64,000 nucleotides of DNA from Candidatus Aminicenantes bacterium (lineage in GTDB: Bacteria; Acidobacteriota; Aminicenantia; Aminicenantales; JAFGBC01), in assembly GCA_963702005.1 (NCBI GenBank), contig OY969696.1:3872001-3936000 (forward strand), given 5' to 3'. Made by a program: the position numbers and the translations under genes. The notes beneath the pieces are model-generated. The model did no database searches. It was not told where the DNA came from and worked only from the letters and a program-made list of their open reading frames with translations. The number at the start of each line of letters is the position of its first letter. Positions within the stretch are counted from its first letter, which is position 1. Shown here piece by piece: positions 39,628 to 48,476 of the stretch.

Positions 39628-40644
39628 ATGAAAGCTCATAGATTTGCCCTCTTTCCGCTTCTGTTCTTGACGGCGGGAGCGGTTCTATCCGGAGCCGTTC
39701 GACAAGGCGTGCCTTCCGGCATCGACAAAAGCTCGGACTACCCCGAAATCACGTCCTGCAGCATCACGCCCGCGACGCTCAAGAACAACCGGATCAACTT
39801 CATCCGGTTCCAGCTCAAGTTCAAGGACGACGGGAAAAATCTTTACGGCGGCATTATGTGCATCAACTTCCAATTCATTCCCGACCCCGGGCAAATGGTT
39901 TCACCTCCCGGCTTCGAGCATCCGCTGCCGGCAGTCCGTGGCGGCGGTCCTGTTCGCGCCCAACCGACTCCGGACGGAGGTTGGACCGCGTACTACAACT
40001 ATCCGCTGAGGGAGGCGGCCTTCAAAAACGCCACGGGGGAATTCATTCTCTATTTCAGCCTTCTCGCCGAGAAGTACAAGCAGGTCAAGATTTCCCCTTG
40101 GTTGAGCGACGCCAAGTACAACCATTCCAACCAGATCGAGATCGAGCTGGTCCGCTCCACGCAGTCGAGCGGGCCGAAACAGGGCTATAAGGTCGGCCAA
40201 CTCGCCTACGACTTCACCCTGCTTGACAAGTCCGGAAACCGAAAGACGCTTTCGAACTATCTCGGCAAGGTTGTCCTCCTGGACTTATGCACGATGTGGT
40301 GCGGTCCCTGCCGTGAGGAGACATCTCATCTCCAGTCCCTTTACATGAGATACAAAGCCGAGGGGCTTATCATCCTGAACGGCCTCTGTGAAAACTATGC
40401 CGCGGAGCCCATCCGGCTCTCGGACTTGGCCGTATGGGCAAAGACTTACCACACGTCCTTCCCCGTCCTGGCAGATCTATTCTACGGCGTTTACAATCCA
40501 TACACCGCCTTCCCGAGCAGCAAGAGCTATCCCCTCAACATCCTCGTCGACCGGACGGGAAAGATCCGCTGGAAGAAGTACGGGTTCTCAGCCGATATTC
40601 TTACCGAAATGGAGGCCAAGATCCAGCAGCTCCTGGCCGAATAG
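39628..40644 (+). CDS. Secreted TlpA/redoxin-family protein, paralog of 37253-38248
   Basis: AYDFTL, GKVVLLD, WCGPC, identical C-terminus MEAKIQQLLAE. Confidence 0.82.
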   Translation: MKAHRFALFPLLFLTAGAVLSGAVRQGVPSGIDKSSDYPEITSCSITPATLKNNRINFIRFQLKFKDDGKNLYGGIMCINFQFIPDPGQMVSPPGFEHPLPAVRGGGPVRAQPTPDGGWTAYYNYPLREAAFKNATGEFILYFSLLAEKYKQVKISPWLSDAKYNHSNQIEIELVRSTQSSGPKQGYKVGQLAYDFTLLDKSGNRKTLSNYLGKVVLLDLCTMWCGPCREETSHLQSLYMRYKAEGLIILNGLCENYAAEPIRLSDLAVWAKTYHTSFPVLADLFYGVYNPYTAFPSSKSYPLNILVDRTGKIRWKKYGFSADILTEMEAKIQQLLAE

Positions 40645-40651
40645 CCGGCGC

Positions 40652-40809
40652 CGGGGTCAAACCCGCACCCTTACTTATTTCCACAGCCCGGAATCCGAAA
40701 GCCCGCGGCGTCGGAAAAGAACCATGTATATCATCGGGAGCGGGCCCTCCCCTTTTTCGACTGAATCAGGCGTGATGGTAAAAAGTGACAAAGTGTAGGT
40801 TTGACCCCG
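40652..40809. repeat. REP-like family A copy with expanded (about 110 bp) loop
   Basis: cggggtcaaacccgcac ... aaagtgtaggtttgaccccg between convergent genes. Confidence 0.7.
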
Positions 40810-40817
40810 CGCGACGG

Positions 40818-42170
40818 TTATCCTCCCGATTCCCTCACCGCCTCGTACATGGCGGCGATGTTTGCGGGCGGGACGTTGGGAAGGATATTGTGGACCTGGG
40901 TGAAGACGAACCCGCCGCCCGCGCCGAAAATCTCGATTCGTTTCCGGACGTGGCGGCGGACCTCGTCCGGGGTTCCGTCGGGAAGAACGTCGCGAGTGTC
41001 GCAGCCGCCGCCCCAGAAGACGAGGTCCTTCCCGAACTCCCGCTTGAGCCGTTCCGGTTCCATGCCCCGGGCGCTCGTCTGGACCGGGTTGAGGATCTCG
41101 ACGCCGATCTCGATCAAGTCGGGGATGATGTCGGCGATGGCGCCGCAGGAGTGGAGGAAGAGGTGGATGCCCTTCCGCCGCCGGACCCTCTCATAAATAA
41201 GCTTGTGGCGCGGCTTGAAGATCTCGCGGTACATCCGGGGCGAAATGACCGTCGCGAGCTGCGTCCCCAGGTCGTCTCCCATCTGGATGACCTGGACGTA
41301 GCCCTCGATGGCGTCGAGGACTTTTTCGAGGCTGGCAAGATGCATCTCGACGAGCTTGTCCAAGAGGGCCTCAACCTTGGGCCGGTCCTCGGCGAGATCC
41401 GTCAAGAAACGGTCCATCCCGCACAAGTACTCGCCCCACTCGAGAAGGTTTCCGCCGAATCCAACCATGACGGCGTAGTCGGTTGTCTCGAAGAGCGTTT
41501 TGGCCCGGCGCCGGACCTCGGCCAGGTGCCCGGGGGTCGAAGGCTCATGGAAGGGCGCGCTCGGGAGAGCCGACCAAGTCACTTTTTCCATGAGCTCGGG
41601 GAGCCGGTCGAGGACGGCGCGGTCCCTCCCGTCCCAATCCGCGAGCGGGAAATATTTCTGGCTTAGGTAGAAGGCGTCCTTAGGCATGGCGCCGATCACG
41701 GTCCCATCCTTGTGCTTGGCGAGCCAGCCGCCTTCGGAAGAGACGAGGTTCACGTAGCGCGGGACTTTGGCCGGAAGGCCGCCCTGGAGCGTGAAATCCT
41801 TCCAGTCTTCCGGCTCGGTCAGGAACGTTCGTCCCAGGTCGACGACATCAGCGCCCGCGAATTCGAGGATCTCCGGCTCGGGCTGGGCGAGCTGCTGGAC
41901 GACGTCGTAGACGTGGGTCGCCCCGGACGTCATCCCGAGGTGGGCTTTGAGCCGGTGGTAGGCGATGGCCGTGATCCCGGTCGAGCGCATCGCCCCGAGG
42001 TCGACGGGCGTCCGGTCCGGCTCCTTGTGCGAGATCGCCGCCAGAACGCGTTCCCGCCTTGTCAACCCCTCGACTCCCCGGCATGAATGCCGGGGCTTGT
42101 TCGGGGTTAACCCTGAGCCTCGCTTTTCGTCCCCGCTTTCATGGCGGGGTAGCGTCGGCGAACGGGTCAT
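40818..42170 (-). CDS. Uroporphyrinogen decarboxylase / MtaA-like family protein with a 35-aa repeat-derived N-terminal insertion
   Basis: RERVLAAISHKEPDRTPVDLG, GDDLGTQ, LHSCG, LNPVQ, FWGGGCDT, HNI; ATG overlaps the fucosidase stop, with RBS AAGGAGG. Confidence 0.85.
   Translation of the reverse strand: MTRSPTLPRHESGDEKRGSGLTPNKPRHSCRGVEGLTRRERVLAAISHKEPDRTPVDLGAMRSTGITAIAYHRLKAHLGMTSGATHVYDVVQQLAQPEPEILEFAGADVVDLGRTFLTEPEDWKDFTLQGGLPAKVPRYVNLVSSEGGWLAKHKDGTVIGAMPKDAFYLSQKYFPLADWDGRDRAVLDRLPELMEKVTWSALPSAPFHEPSTPGHLAEVRRRAKTLFETTDYAVMVGFGGNLLEWGEYLCGMDRFLTDLAEDRPKVEALLDKLVEMHLASLEKVLDAIEGYVQVIQMGDDLGTQLATVISPRMYREIFKPRHKLIYERVRRRKGIHLFLHSCGAIADIIPDLIEIGVEILNPVQTSARGMEPERLKREFGKDLVFWGGGCDTRDVLPDGTPDEVRRHVRKRIEIFGAGGGFVFTQVHNILPNVPPANIAAMYEAVRESGG
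42061..42169. mobile_element. MITE/PATE-like element (family C), copy 2; in-frame 105-bp insertion
   Basis: GTCA at 42061 and 42166; hairpins ccccggcat-gaa-tgccgggg and ccccgc-tttcatg-gcgggg. Confidence 0.82.
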
Positions 42171-43714
42171 GCGCCCTCCTTCATCTTATACAGGCCGAAC
42201 GCGGAGAGGGTCGGACTCGTCCGCGAGCCCTCGATAACCAGACGAATGGACTTCACCGTCAGGGCGGGGAAACGAAGCAGCCGCTTGTATCCGATCGTCG
42301 TTCCGCGCGCGAATTCCAGCCAGCCTTGCTTGGTCCCGGCCTCGAGCCGGAAGGATTCAACTCGCTGGCCCGTCGCGATGTGCTCCTGGAGGAGCGCGAC
42401 GTCGAAGGTCACCGGACCGCCCCAAGTGAACTCGATCGTGGCCGATTCGATCCCGTCCTCAGTCGTCCAATAGGTCTCGGAGCGGCCGTCGAGGACCGCT
42501 CCGCCCGGATGACCGCTCTTTGACGCCGATGATTTCGCCGTCGCGCCCGCCGCCAGGTTCGTCCGGAACGTCCCGTCCAGGATCGCCCGCATCCCCCTCA
42601 GGCTAGCTACGTCGTTTTCATGGATAAGGCCGCTCCGGTCGGGGGGAACGTTGAGGAGGAGGACGCCGTTCCGTCCGACCGAGCTGAAGTAAATATCGAC
42701 GAGCGTTTCCGGAGTTTTGATCTTGGCGTCCTCGGCCGCATGATAGAACCAACCGGGGCGGATCGAGACGTCGATCTCGGCCGGATACCAGAGGAGGGCT
42801 TGGGCCCCCCTAAGCTTTTCGCGGCTTCCGAGGTCCGGGCTCATAAAGTCCTGGGGAAGATAAGCGGCGTCCACGGGGTAGGGTCCCGGCCGGATCTTGG
42901 TCAAATCGATGACGGGCGCGGACACAGGGATGACGCTCCACTCGGTCTCCCGGCCATATCCCGACTCGGTGCCGACCCAGCGGAGGTCCGGGGCCATCCC
43001 GAAAATGACGGCTTTCGGCTGAAGCTCCCTGATGACGGCGTAGTAGGACGGCCAGTCGTAGACCTGGCGCTTGCCGTTGGGGCCTTCGCCGCAGGCGCCG
43101 TCGAACCAGACTTCTGTCACTTCGCCGTAACCGGTCAGGAGCTCGCGGAGCTGACGGCGGAAGAACTCGTTGTAACGGGGAGAGTCGCCGTAACTCGGCT
43201 CATGCCGGTCCCAGGGCGAAAGATAAACGCCGAACTTGAGTCCCGCCTCGCGGCAGGCCCGCGCGATTTCGCCGACGACATCGCCCTTCCCGTCGCGCCA
43301 GGGGCTGGCCTTGACGCTGTGCTCGGTCTGCGCGGTCGGCCACAGGCAGAAGCCGTCGTGGTGCTTGGCCGTGATGATGAGCTGGCGCATCCCGGCCTCC
43401 TTGAGAACCTGCACCCACTGCCGGGCGTCGAAGGCCGTCGGGTTGAAAAGCGCCGGGCTCTCGGTCCCTTTGCCCCACTCCTGATTCATGAAGGTATTCA
43501 TGCCGAAATGGGCGAAGGCGATGAACTCGAGCTCCTGCCAGGCGAGCTGCCTCTCCGCCGGAACGACGTTGGCCGCCTTGCGGACGATCGCCTCGAGCGA
43601 TTCGCCGGGCTCGACGACGGCGATATTCCGGCCGTCCCGGTCCGGGACCGCCGAAGCTCCGAATACGGCGAAGAAGACGATGATCGATATCAGGGCGCCA
43701 TTGCATTTGGGCAC
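42167..43714 (-). CDS. Alpha-L-fucosidase (GH29) with C-terminal F5/8-type domain
   Basis: HFGMNTF, TAKHHDGFCLWP, YLSPWD, VWFDGA, DVSIRPGWFYH, SVGRNG.LLLN. Confidence 0.93.
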   Translation of the reverse strand: MPKCNGALISIIVFFAVFGASAVPDRDGRNIAVVEPGESLEAIVRKAANVVPAERQLAWQELEFIAFAHFGMNTFMNQEWGKGTESPALFNPTAFDARQWVQVLKEAGMRQLIITAKHHDGFCLWPTAQTEHSVKASPWRDGKGDVVGEIARACREAGLKFGVYLSPWDRHEPSYGDSPRYNEFFRRQLRELLTGYGEVTEVWFDGACGEGPNGKRQVYDWPSYYAVIRELQPKAVIFGMAPDLRWVGTESGYGRETEWSVIPVSAPVIDLTKIRPGPYPVDAAYLPQDFMSPDLGSREKLRGAQALLWYPAEIDVSIRPGWFYHAAEDAKIKTPETLVDIYFSSVGRNGVLLLNVPPDRSGLIHENDVASLRGMRAILDGTFRTNLAAGATAKSSASKSGHPGGAVLDGRSETYWTTEDGIESATIEFTWGGPVTFDVALLQEHIATGQRVESFRLEAGTKQGWLEFARGTTIGYKRLLRFPALTVKSIRLVIEGSRTSPTLSAFGLYKMKEGA

Positions 43715-43807
43715 GTAATGATTTTATCAAATATCCGACGATCCGGCACTCTCAGATTATCTTGAGGCCCTCCTCGCGCCTCAACCAAGGGAGCGGGGGC
43801 GCTGCTA

Positions 43808-45169
43808 TCAGACCAAACCCTGCTCCAGCATGGCCCTGGCAACCTTGAGGAAACCGCCTATATTGGCGCCATTGACATAATTTCCCGGGGTTCCGTATTG
43901 GTTGGCTGCTTCTACACAGGTTTTATGGATGCTCTTCATGATCTGGTGCAGGCGCTTGTCCACTTCCTCCCTCGACCAGCTCATCCTCATGCTGTTCTGG
44001 GACATTTCAAGACCCGAGGTAGACACGCCGCCGGCATTCGCCGCCTTTCCTGGGCCGAACAGGATTTTGGCATCAACAAATACCTCAATGCCTTCGGCCG
44101 TGGTCGGCATGTTCGCGCCCTCGGCGACTACATAGACTCCATTCTTGACCAGGTTTTTGGCGTCTTTGGCGTTGATCTCGTTCTGGGTGGCGCTTGGGAA
44201 GGCGCAATCCGCTTTATGGTTCCAGAGAGGATTAGTGTCCATATCGGGCGTCAGCGGCGTATAGGTCACGCCTTTGAACTTATCGGCATAATCCTTGATC
44301 CGGCCCCGGCGAACGTTCTTCAGGTCCATAATAAAATCCAGCTTCTTCGAATCAATGCCCGCGGGGTCATAAATATAGCCGTTGGAATCGGATAGCGTCA
44401 CCGCCTTGCCCCCGAGCTGGTTGATCTTCTCCACCGTGTACTGAGCCACATTACCGCTTCCCGAGACGAGGCAGCTCTTCCCTTCGAGGGTTTGATTTCT
44501 GGTCCCGAGCATTTCCGCGGCAAAATACACGGCCCCATACCCCGTTGCTTCCGGCCGGATGAGCGAGCCGCCCCAATCGAGTCCTTTGCCCGTCAGAACC
44601 CCGGTGACTTCATTCCGCAATTTTCTATATTGGCCGTAAAGGAAGCCGATCTCACGTCCGCCCACGCCGATATCGCCGGCGGGCACATCGGTATCAGGAC
44701 CGATGTGCCGGAAGAGCTCACTCATGAAGCTCTGGCAAAGGCGCATGACTTCGTTATCGCTCTTTCCCTTTGCGTCAAAATCACAACCGCCCTTGCCGCC
44801 GCCCATGGGCAGCGTGGTCAAGGAATTCTTAAACACCTGTTCAAAAGCAAGGAACTTCAGGATGCCCAAGTTGACGGTGGGATGAAAGCGCAGGCCGCCT
44901 TTATAGGGTCCGATCGCGCTGTTCATCTGGATCCTGTAGCCGCGATTGACGTGAATCTCCCCCGCGTCATCCATCCAGGCAACGCGGAACATGAGGACCC
45001 GCTCCGGCTCCGCGATCCGCTCGAAAATCTTGGCTTTTAGGTACTCGGGATGGCGTTCCAGAACCAAGGAGACGGAGCTGGCAACTTCATAAACGGCTTG
45101 ATGGAACTCGGGTTGCGCGGGGTTCTTGGCCTTGATTTCATCCATGAAATCTTTGACATAATTATTCAT
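43808..45169 (-). CDS. gdhA: NADP-specific glutamate dehydrogenase
   Basis: GPYKGGLRFH, EQVFKNSLT, MGGGKGG, DVPAGDIGVG, RPEATGYG, GSGNVA, KAANAGGV. Confidence 0.95.
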   Translation of the reverse strand: MNNYVKDFMDEIKAKNPAQPEFHQAVYEVASSVSLVLERHPEYLKAKIFERIAEPERVLMFRVAWMDDAGEIHVNRGYRIQMNSAIGPYKGGLRFHPTVNLGILKFLAFEQVFKNSLTTLPMGGGKGGCDFDAKGKSDNEVMRLCQSFMSELFRHIGPDTDVPAGDIGVGGREIGFLYGQYRKLRNEVTGVLTGKGLDWGGSLIRPEATGYGAVYFAAEMLGTRNQTLEGKSCLVSGSGNVAQYTVEKINQLGGKAVTLSDSNGYIYDPAGIDSKKLDFIMDLKNVRRGRIKDYADKFKGVTYTPLTPDMDTNPLWNHKADCAFPSATQNEINAKDAKNLVKNGVYVVAEGANMPTTAEGIEVFVDAKILFGPGKAANAGGVSTSGLEMSQNSMRMSWSREEVDKRLHQIMKSIHKTCVEAANQYGTPGNYVNGANIGGFLKVARAMLEQGLV

Positions 45170-45374
45170 ATATGCTCCTTCGCAAAAAAACTTTCGGAGA
45201 TTATACTGTATAAATCTCCTTCATTTTAATAAATCAGAAATTTTATGGATTTATTTGGATAATATTAGGATTTGAATAAAAATATCGGCTTCTTTCCGGA
45301 CACAAACACTCCTTGACTTTTAAGGAAGCAAGAATTATTTTTGATTTAAGAACATATGAAAAAGGGATAAAACA
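45170..45374. promoter_or_regulatory. AT-rich divergent promoter region between the two GDH genes
   Basis: 205-bp strongly AT-rich gap between divergent start codons. Confidence 0.55.
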
Positions 45375-46661
45375 GTGGGCGACAGATCTTATAACACCTT
45401 CCTGATAGCTCAGGCTCAATTCGATAAGACGGCGGAATGGCTCGATCTTGACCCGCCGACACGTGAACTCCTGCGTTTGCCGATGAAAGAATATCAATTC
45501 CTGATACCTCTCCAGATGGATGACGGGAGGGTCCAGATATTCAGAGGTTTCCGGGTTGTCCATAACGACGCCCGAGGACCCGGTAAGGGGGGAATCCGGT
45601 TTCATCCCTACGAGACCATCGATACCATCCGGGCCCTGGCGATGTGGATGACATGGAAATGTGCTCTGATGAATATCCCTCTGGGCGGCAGCAGCGGCGG
45701 CATCGTCTGCGATCCCCATTTCCTAAGCCTCCGAGAACAGGAGCGGCTCTGCCGAAGCTGGATCCGAAAGCTCGCCAGGGATTTGGGACCTCAAGTCGAT
45801 GTCCCGGCTCCTGACATCATGGCCTATACTCAGCACATGCTTTGGATGCTCGACGAATACGAAACGATCCGGGGTGAGAAACTCCCCGGTTTCATAACCG
45901 GAAAACCCGTGGGAATGGGCGGCTCTCTGGGCAGGATAGAGGCGACAGGCTTCGGCCTTGTCTTTGCTCTGCGCGAGGCCTTGAAGGAGCTGAACATCCA
46001 GCCTGACGACACCACCGCGAGTATCCAGGGCTTCGGCAACGTGGCCCAGCATGCCAGCCGTCTTTTTGAACAGATCGGCGGAAAAGTGATTTGTATCGCC
46101 AGCTGGAATAATAAGGACGGAACCTCCTATTCTTACAAAAAAGAATCGGGAATAAGCCTCGAGGCCCTGGCCGGCATCACGGACCGCTTCGGGGATATCG
46201 ATAAAGAGAAAGCGGCGAAAATGGGCTGTGAGGTTCTGCCCGGAGAGGCCTGGCTGGCTCAGGAGGCCGATATCCTGATTCCAGCCGCGGTTGAGAATCA
46301 AATTACGGCCGAAAATGTGACGGCGATTCGCCCGCGCGTCAAAATTATCGCCGAGGGAGCGAACGGCCCGACCACGACCGAGGCCGATGATATGATCGCC
46401 GATCGAGGAATATTCGTTATCCCCGACATTCTCGCCAACGCCGGAGGCGTCACCTGCAGCTACTTTGAGCAGGTCCAGAGCAATATGAATTATTATTGGG
46501 AAAAGGATGAAGTCCTCGGCAAGCTGGATGTCAAGATGACTTCGGCCTTCAATTCTGTTCTGGAGTTCGCCAAGAAAAAAAAGCTTTCGATGAGGGGGGC
46601 GGCTTTTGCTATCGCGGTCGCCCGGGTGGCTCAAGCTTGCAAGGACCGAGGCTGGATCTAG
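45375..46661 (+). CDS. Glu/Leu/Phe/Val dehydrogenase-family protein lacking the catalytic Lys (GGSSGG)
   Basis: GPGKGGIRFH, MTWKCA, DVPAPD, ITGKP, GFGNV, EGANGP, PDILANAGGV; GGGKGG replaced by GGSSGG. Confidence 0.88.
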   Translation: MGDRSYNTFLIAQAQFDKTAEWLDLDPPTRELLRLPMKEYQFLIPLQMDDGRVQIFRGFRVVHNDARGPGKGGIRFHPYETIDTIRALAMWMTWKCALMNIPLGGSSGGIVCDPHFLSLREQERLCRSWIRKLARDLGPQVDVPAPDIMAYTQHMLWMLDEYETIRGEKLPGFITGKPVGMGGSLGRIEATGFGLVFALREALKELNIQPDDTTASIQGFGNVAQHASRLFEQIGGKVICIASWNNKDGTSYSYKKESGISLEALAGITDRFGDIDKEKAAKMGCEVLPGEAWLAQEADILIPAAVENQITAENVTAIRPRVKIIAEGANGPTTTEADDMIADRGIFVIPDILANAGGVTCSYFEQVQSNMNYYWEKDEVLGKLDVKMTSAFNSVLEFAKKKKLSMRGAAFAIAVARVAQACKDRGWI

Positions 46662-46718
46662 TTTCCGCAGCTCCTCTCGGCTGGGACAGCGAGGCCGCTT
46701 CCGTTATGACTAAAATCG

Positions 46719-48476
46719 ATGCCTGAGTCTTGGACAAAATCGCTCTCCCTCCGCATCGCACCCTTCGACCGTCATTTTTTCACCGGCAAGGAAAGGTTCA
46801 CGGCCATCGGCCGCGGTGCCCTGGGAGGCAAAGCCCACGGATTGGCCCGGATAGCAAACATCCTCGAGGAAAAGCTGGCTCCCTCATTCCGACCCGACAT
46901 CGACATCACAATCCCGATCTTAACCGTGATCACAACGGAATTCTTCGATCTTTTCATGAAGCAGAACAACCTTCAAGACGTTGCTTTTTCCAGCCTCCGC
47001 GATGATCAAATTACCGCGACGTTCCAGCAGGCGGAGCTGCCGGCCCAGCTCGTCGGGGATCTGCGCGCTCTCATCGCCCGGGTCATCACGCCTTTGGCCA
47101 TTCGTTCTTCCAGCATTCTGGAAGACGCCATGTTCGAGCCCTTCGCCAGCGTCTATTCCACAAAAATGATCCCCAATAACCAACCGGATACCGACAGCCG
47201 GTTCAGGAGACTGGTCGAGGCGGTTAAATTTGTCTATGCCTCGACTTTCTTCAAAGATGCAAAAAATTACATTCAAGCGACAAGGCACACAACGGCCGAT
47301 GAGAAAATGGCGGTTATTATTCAGGAAGTCGTCGGCGTCCGGCACGGCCCGCGTTTCTATCCTCACATCTCGGGGGTTGCCCGTTCCTATAATTTTTATC
47401 CCATTGGACACGCCAAGCCCGCCGACGGCGTCGTCGACCTGGCGCTCGGCCTGGGGAAGACGATCGTCGATGACGGCATCGCCTGGTCTTATTCGCCGGC
47501 CTTCCCGCAGGCCAATCCGCCTTACATGACACTGGGCGACCTGTTGAACCAAGCCCAGCACGAATTCTGGGCCGTCAATATGGGCTCGCCTCCCGAGTAC
47601 AACCCCATCAAAGAGACGGAATACCTGATGAAATTCAGCCTGGAGGATGCCGAGGAAGATGGAAACCTTCGCTTTCTCGCCTCCACCTACAGGGCTCAAG
47701 ACGACAAGATTGTCTACGGCATCGCGGAGAAAGGTCCCCGGATTATCGACTTCGCACCGATCTTAAAATTCGATTTACTGCCCCTCAACAGAATGCTCAA
47801 ATGCCTTCTCAAGATCTGCCAGGAAGAGTTGGAAAGAATGGTAGAGGTCGAGTTCGCCCTGACCCTGGATGATCGCCAAGGCAGGCCGGCCCGATTTGGT
47901 TTCCTTCAAGTGAGGCCCATGGTCGTCTCGGAAGAAAAAGCGGAGCTTAGGCCGGCGGATTTGAGGGGAGAAAACGTGCTGGTGGCCACGGAGTCGGCGC
48001 TGGGGAATGGAATCGTCGGAAACATTCGCGACGTCATTTACATCAAGCCGGAGAAATTCAACGTTCAACATTCGGAAACCGTCGCGGCTGAGCTTGAATT
48101 GCTGAATCATCATTTGTTGCAACAAGGCCTTCCCTATCTTCTTATCGGCTTTGGCCGTTGGGGGACGTCCGACCCGCAGGCCGGCATCCCGGTTAAGTTC
48201 GGCCAAATCTGCGGCGCCAAAGTCATCGTCGAATCTGCCCTCCCCGAAGTGCCTTCCCTTCTCAGCCAGGGCTCTCATTTCTTCCACAACATCACCAGCT
48301 TCAAAGTCCTCTACCTGTCCGTCAGTCATTGGGACAAGGACAACATTGACTGGAGTTGGCTGAACAAACAGCAAGTCATCCAGGAAACAAAATTCGTGAG
48401 ACAGGTTAGACTTCCCTCCCCCCTGCATATTCAAGTCGACGGCCTGACCGGTCGTGGGGTGATCATCCATGAATGA
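46719..48476 (+). CDS. PEP/pyruvate-binding (PPDK-N, ATP-grasp) domain protein without the C-terminal PEP-utilising barrel
   Basis: LGGKAHGL, AIRSSSILED, IQEVVG, SGVARS, LGLGKT, LQVRP, GRWG, SQGSHFF. Confidence 0.85.
   Translation: MPESWTKSLSLRIAPFDRHFFTGKERFTAIGRGALGGKAHGLARIANILEEKLAPSFRPDIDITIPILTVITTEFFDLFMKQNNLQDVAFSSLRDDQITATFQQAELPAQLVGDLRALIARVITPLAIRSSSILEDAMFEPFASVYSTKMIPNNQPDTDSRFRRLVEAVKFVYASTFFKDAKNYIQATRHTTADEKMAVIIQEVVGVRHGPRFYPHISGVARSYNFYPIGHAKPADGVVDLALGLGKTIVDDGIAWSYSPAFPQANPPYMTLGDLLNQAQHEFWAVNMGSPPEYNPIKETEYLMKFSLEDAEEDGNLRFLASTYRAQDDKIVYGIAEKGPRIIDFAPILKFDLLPLNRMLKCLLKICQEELERMVEVEFALTLDDRQGRPARFGFLQVRPMVVSEEKAELRPADLRGENVLVATESALGNGIVGNIRDVIYIKPEKFNVQHSETVAAELELLNHHLLQQGLPYLLIGFGRWGTSDPQAGIPVKFGQICGAKVIVESALPEVPSLLSQGSHFFHNITSFKVLYLSVSHWDKDNIDWSWLNKQQVIQETKFVRQVRLPSPLHIQVDGLTGRGVIIHE

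Noticed and set aside
28428-42170. Calling the UroD-like genes hemE
   Set aside because: No RQAGR signature; they carry HxCG and lie outside any haem context
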